Shown here: positions 59,314 to 64,000 of the stretch, in pieces
How positions within the stretch are numbered: position 1 is the stretch's first letter
Layout: every line of letters starts with the position of its first letter
From: Octopus sinensis
Taxonomy: Eukaryota
Length of the DNA stretch: 64,000 bases
Direction: 5' to 3'
Assembly (NCBI RefSeq): GCF_006345805.1
Contig: NW_021825821.1
Location: forward strand, 186,001-250,000
Program-made: the position numbers and the translations under genes
The notes under the pieces: model-generated
Databases searched by the model: none
The model's input: only the letters and a program-made list of their open reading frames with translations
What the model was told of the DNA's origin: nothing

Positions 59314-62300
59314 CAGTGAAACCTCTCGAATCCGCTTGTTTTAATTAAAAATTTGAAATTTCCTATGAATGATTCTTGAATCCGCTTGTTTCTCGAATCC
59401 GCTCCTCAAGTATTATGAAAAATAATTTTTTTATCTAATTGTAAGTTAAATTAATTAACATTTTAAAATTTTCTTTACAAGTTAAATTGTTTTTTGTGAT
59501 TCGTCGTTGTGTTAGACTTTCTATCAACGAAAAAATTTCTATACTACGTTATATTTCTGACAACCCGTTCGTTTCTGCACCTCAACTTTCCAGGATTTTT
59601 TCTTTACTGTTAAAAAAGAAAATTTCTCCGAGGACTATAAACGACCTTAAATCAAAATCGGACCTTTTGAATAGGACTGACATCAAAAAATTAAACATAA
59701 CGAGAATTCCAAAACTCAAATTTAATGAAATTGTGTAGCGATGATAACATGGATTAACTTAATGGAATCTAGTGGAGCAATTCTATCAGATTCGATGTTA
59801 ATTGCAAAAGCTCTTAAATTTGGAAAAAATTTTACAGAATTTAAAGCAAGTCGTGGGTGGCTAGAAAAGTTTAAATTACGAAATGGTATCAAGCTAAGAA
59901 AATTTCACGGCGACAGTGGATCAGTAAATTATGATCAAAAATCTATTGCTGATTTTAATGAAACAATCAGTTTAAAAATTGAACAATATGGATTGGACAA
60001 TCTTTATAATGCAGATGAAACTGGTGTTTTTTTACAAGGCGATTCCTTCTAAAAGTGTGTGCACTAAATCAAGGCCTGGAATAAAGTTGTCGAAAGATCG
60101 ATTTTCTTTACTATTATTCGCAAATTGTTCTGGTTCCGATAAAAGAAGGCCTGTAATGATAGGAAGATTCAAAAGTCCAAGGTGTTTTAAAAATTTCAAT
60201 ATTGGAAAATATGTTACCTACACCCATTCCAATAAGGTATGGATGAAGCGTGAAATTTTTAACAAGTGGCTCAGTGATTCTGATTGTGAACTTGCGAAGA
60301 AAAAAAGAAAAATTCTACTTGTAATGGATCAATGTCCATCTCATCAAATTATTGTTAGTTTTTTGGAGGAGAACCGAATAGATATCTGTCTTCTCCAAGA
60401 GACGAAACTTTCGAAACGGATCCCTACTCCTCTTTTTGCTGGATACGATGCACTACGATGTGACCGCGAGTCGGAGCATGGAGGGGGTCTACTGACCCTT
60501 ATAAAAAGAGGAATAAAATATTTCGAGAATCCCTTACCGTATACAAGCCTAAAGAAGGACTCCAACACCGAAATAATTGGAATCTCACTTATGACCTCCT
60601 ACGGAAGACTTGAAATCGCCAATGTCTACGTACCTCCCCCAGGTTCATGCAAGAAGGGCTATCGTTTTGACCTATCAAGCCTTGATAAATTGGATAACTT
60701 ACTCTTATGCGGAGATCTGAACGCGAAGCATCCCGCTTGGTTCAGATACCAGACTGCCGATGCCAGAGGAAAACTTTTGATATCGCAATTGCAGAAGTTA
60801 ATAATCCTTAACAACCCGAAAAAGAACACTCGAACACCCTACAACTCTAAGGACACGAGGACATCGCCAGATCTATCAATCTGCTCACCTCGGCTTTCCC
60901 CTATCATCAAGTGGTCGGTCCGCTATGATCTCCGAAGTGACCACCACTCAATGATAATGAGAATGAACTGTTCTCCACATCTCATACTGAAACCAAATTA
61001 TTTCTATGATTACGAAAACGCAGATTGGAATGCTTTCGCAAATTACGTCGATTCAAGACTCCAGAACTTTCACCCTAAGAATTTTTCTTCTTGGACAGGG
61101 CAGTGGAAAGCTTCAAACAAAACCATCATAGATGCAAGAAATTTGATTATCAGAAGAGCATGTATAAGAAGTGGGAGCTCAAAATATGACTCAAGAACGA
61201 AAAAACTAATCAGAGAAAGAACCAGCCTCAAGAAAGAAAAAAGTATCGACCCAAAGTAATCATCGATCGAATCAGGGCTCTAAACATGCTTATTACGAAT
61301 AATACCAACCAAGTCCAAAGGAAGAAGAAGCTCAGAATCTCTAGAGCCATGAATAAACAAGCCTCTATTTCGGCCATGTGCACGATGTTGAGACGCTTAA
61401 AGAATCCTGACGAGCGTAAAACAGAAACATATCAGCTCAATCTAAACAATTTTATGAAACACTGTGTCAAAATTAGTCATATTCCTTATAAAAAAATGAA
61501 CTCACAGCCAAGATTAAAATCAAAGCCATCCAAAAGGCCCCCGACGACTTATTTTTTCTGAAGAGGTGTCTGAAACAATCTCGAATCAGAAGAAAACAAA
61601 CTCATGTGGACCGGATGGAATTCCACTTATTCTACTAAAACACTTGGGCCCAGTTTCAATAAATGCTTTAACCACGATCTATAACACATCATTATTCACG
61701 AACTCTATACCGAACTTATGGAAACTATCAAAAATCCGGCCAATATTAAAACCTGGAAGACCGAAAAACGACCCCGGCTCCTATAGACCAATATCCCTTA
61801 TATGTGTGCTGTCAAGAATCTTGGAAAAACTGGTCCTAAAACATATTCGCCCTTTCCTCTCACAATCCACATTTCAACATGGATTCAAGGAAGGATTGTC
61901 AACGACCTCCTTCCTCACCACACTAACAGATTTCATAAATGAAGGACACAAAAAGAAGAAATTGCAGGAGAAATCAATTGTATGCACTATCGACATTCAA
62001 AAAGCGTTTGACTCCGTCCCAAGGATCCTAATTCAAAAGATATTTGGTACAAATATTTCTACACCTATGAAGCTATGGATAGCGAATTTTTTGAGCGGAC
62101 GTCGTGGGAAAGTGTGCGTCGGGAACGAGAGTTCAAGATCACGCTTATTGCCCAATGGTGTACCCCAGGGTTCTCCTTTATCCCCGACCCTCTTCAACTT
62201 GTTTCTGAATGATCTCCCGGTTCCTATGGATAATAATGACATACTACTCTCCTATGCCGATGACATAGTTGTCGCATCAAGGGATGTAAATGCCGAATAC

Positions 62301-63660
62301 GCGAAGGAAAGACTACAAAGAATACTGGACGACTTATATGGATGGCTATATGAAAACAGACTACATGCATGTTCCGAAAAGTCAGCAGTCACCCTATTCA
62401 CGAAAAACAGGAAGATGGGGACGAAAACTATTGAAGTCACGCTGAATGGAGTCCCAATAACACAAAAGAAAACACAGAATATTGGGTGTAACGTTTGATA
62501 CTTTCCTTTGTTTTTCACCTCATGTTGAATCGATCGTGTCAACTTGTATTAAGAAAATCAATTTTGTGAAAGCCTTTCTTTGGAACTGTGGGAGAACTTG
62601 TCCGCCAGGGGTAGAGACCCTTTACAAGCAGTATATCGAGCCAACAATAGGCTATGCATGTGCTGCTTGGGGCTGTAACCTGGCGGCAACGAACCAAGTA
62701 AAAATCGAGAAAATCCAAGAAAAATCCATAAACCTACTGAAGGACCATACCGACAGGAAAATTGTCCATCGAACACTGGAGTCTCTTGTAGAGGCAAGTG
62801 GGAGGGATCGTGGAGATGGACCACAAGCATTTCACCGTACATACAGAAAGTGTGTGGGGTCACGGTCTGAACATCGTGAAAAGATGGCTCGACTGTTGAG
62901 AAATGTCGGAATCACCTGAACACGTTAGTTAATGGTTAAGACGGTGATTCTGTTTTTTGGCTTAAATAATAATAATAATTGTCACGTTAAACTCAATTGA
63001 AATTCTTTTTTTGCCTCCTAGAACTTCCTCGCTCTTGCAACCAATGGATCAAGGAATTATAAAATGCTTTAAAGCCGAATTTACCAATTTGAAAATAAAT
63101 GATATAATCGAAAAGGTTGAGGCAGGGGAAAATTGTCAGAATGCAATTAATGCAATCACCCTTAAAACTGCTGCGACATTAACATTCTTTGCTTGGAATA
63201 AAGTTACTCCTATGACCATCAAAAATTGTATCCGTCATGCACAATGGATAAAATGTGAAACAATCACAATCAACAGTGAATCTAAGAACTACGAAAATAT
63301 AATTAAGAAATTTCAAATTGACGATCCAATATCTTATAGTGAATTTGTTGATTACGAATATACTGAAAATGAAGAGTTAATGGAATTTTTAGAAAAATCT
63401 GAAGCTGATACATTACTGTCAAAAAAAGTTCAATCAGTTAGTGATTTTATTTAATAATTATACTTAGGAAACAATTATTGAAGAGGAATCAAAGGAGAAA
63501 AGAGTTAATCTTTCAGAAGCTTTCAGAGCTCTAAAGATTATTAAAACTTATGCTTCTCAGGTAAATGAAGATATAGATGATCATGAAAATATTATGCGAA
63601 TTGGGGAAATGTTAAGAAAATTAATTAAAAAAATAAAATTTCTGATTTTTTTAATATAAA
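59314..63660 (+). mobile_element. pogo/Tigger transposon interrupted by a LINE; right TIR not seen
   Basis: TA then CAGTGAAACCTCTCGAATCCG left end. RLSINEKISIL, FKASRGWLEKFK, YNADETG, KDRFSLLL, VMDQCPSH|..LQPMDQGII. Confidence 0.88.
60351..62980 (+). mobile_element. APE-RT LINE (5' end at the APE start, (TAA)n tail) inserted in pogo
   Basis: LLQETK, NVYVPP, GDLNAKH, SPDLS, SDHH, GPDGI, YRPISL, QHGF, DIQKAFD, GVPQG, YADD; ends GGCTTAAATAATAATAATAA. Several frameshifts after 61259. Confidence 0.92.
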
Positions 63661-63711
63661 TAATTTTATGTATTCAGTCATTTGAATATACATTGTTCTT
63701 GTGGTGTACGG

Positions 63712-64000
63712 ATGGTTGGTTTTTCGCAGTCTGAAAAAGTCATTTCCATGGACGGATCCACAGAAATTTTAACAAATGGAACTCAAGAAAGTGTGGACCT
63801 GACAGTTCATGGTCATCCTGATGCCTCGGGCAATTGCAATTACGGACCCCCACAGACCCCTTCAACTTTGATTCCCATGAAAGCTATTTGTAAGTCAATC
63901 GAATCTTCCAGCCTCGGCAGATCAAATTCGAAGGCTATAGATCCCTCCACATTCCATGGAGGTCGGGGGCGATTGCGGGAACGGGATCCTCGCTTTACTA
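63712..64000 (+). other. Open frame running off the window end, probably the 5' part of another insertion
   Basis: 96 stop-free codons from ATG (MVGFSQSEKVISMDGS...), more GC-rich than flanks, located where the pogo right end is expected. No recognisable motif. Confidence 0.35.

Noticed and set aside
1-64000. Microsporidian or myxozoan origin suggested by the TE repertoire
   Set aside because: Intron-rich genes plus CEP295 and MIIP argue against lineages without centrioles; the organism is left unassigned.

Overview
AT-rich eukaryotic nuclear DNA with no prokaryotic features, no CRISPR array and no true rRNA or tRNA gene. About ten host genes can be rebuilt by hand from exons split by very short GT-AG introns, mostly 21-37 nt: ORC6, a TMX-like thioredoxin, an SLC46-like MFS transporter, RPL39, RPS10, a long-chain acyl-CoA synthetase, MIIP, a secreted EF-hand protein, CEP295 and CRYZL1. 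There is also a GH27 alpha-galactosidase pseudogene. Animal-like proteins, micro-introns and centriole genes point to a genome-reduced but ciliated metazoan (dicyemid/orthonectid-like; inference only). By my coordinates roughly two-thirds of the window is nested transposable elements: pogo/Tigger, IR/DR Tc1, Buster/Charlie and CGGBP1-like hAT, Merlin, Ginger/KRBA2-type integrase elements, Helitron fragments, seven divergent CRE-clade retrotransposon copies, an intact R4/Dong-clade ORF, RTE and other APE-RT LINEs. The most interesting candidates are (1) a three-copy tRNA-headed SINE whose (TAA)n tail matches an APE-RT LINE in the window, (2) an in-frame pogo-transposase/APE-endonuclease fusion ORF, (3) a TSD-flanked, internally inverted (twin-primed) RTE insertion, (4) a CRE-like element with an N-terminal PHD finger, and (5) an apparent GT-TG intron in ORC6. 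All family calls come from motifs recognised by eye, and exon boundaries are manual.
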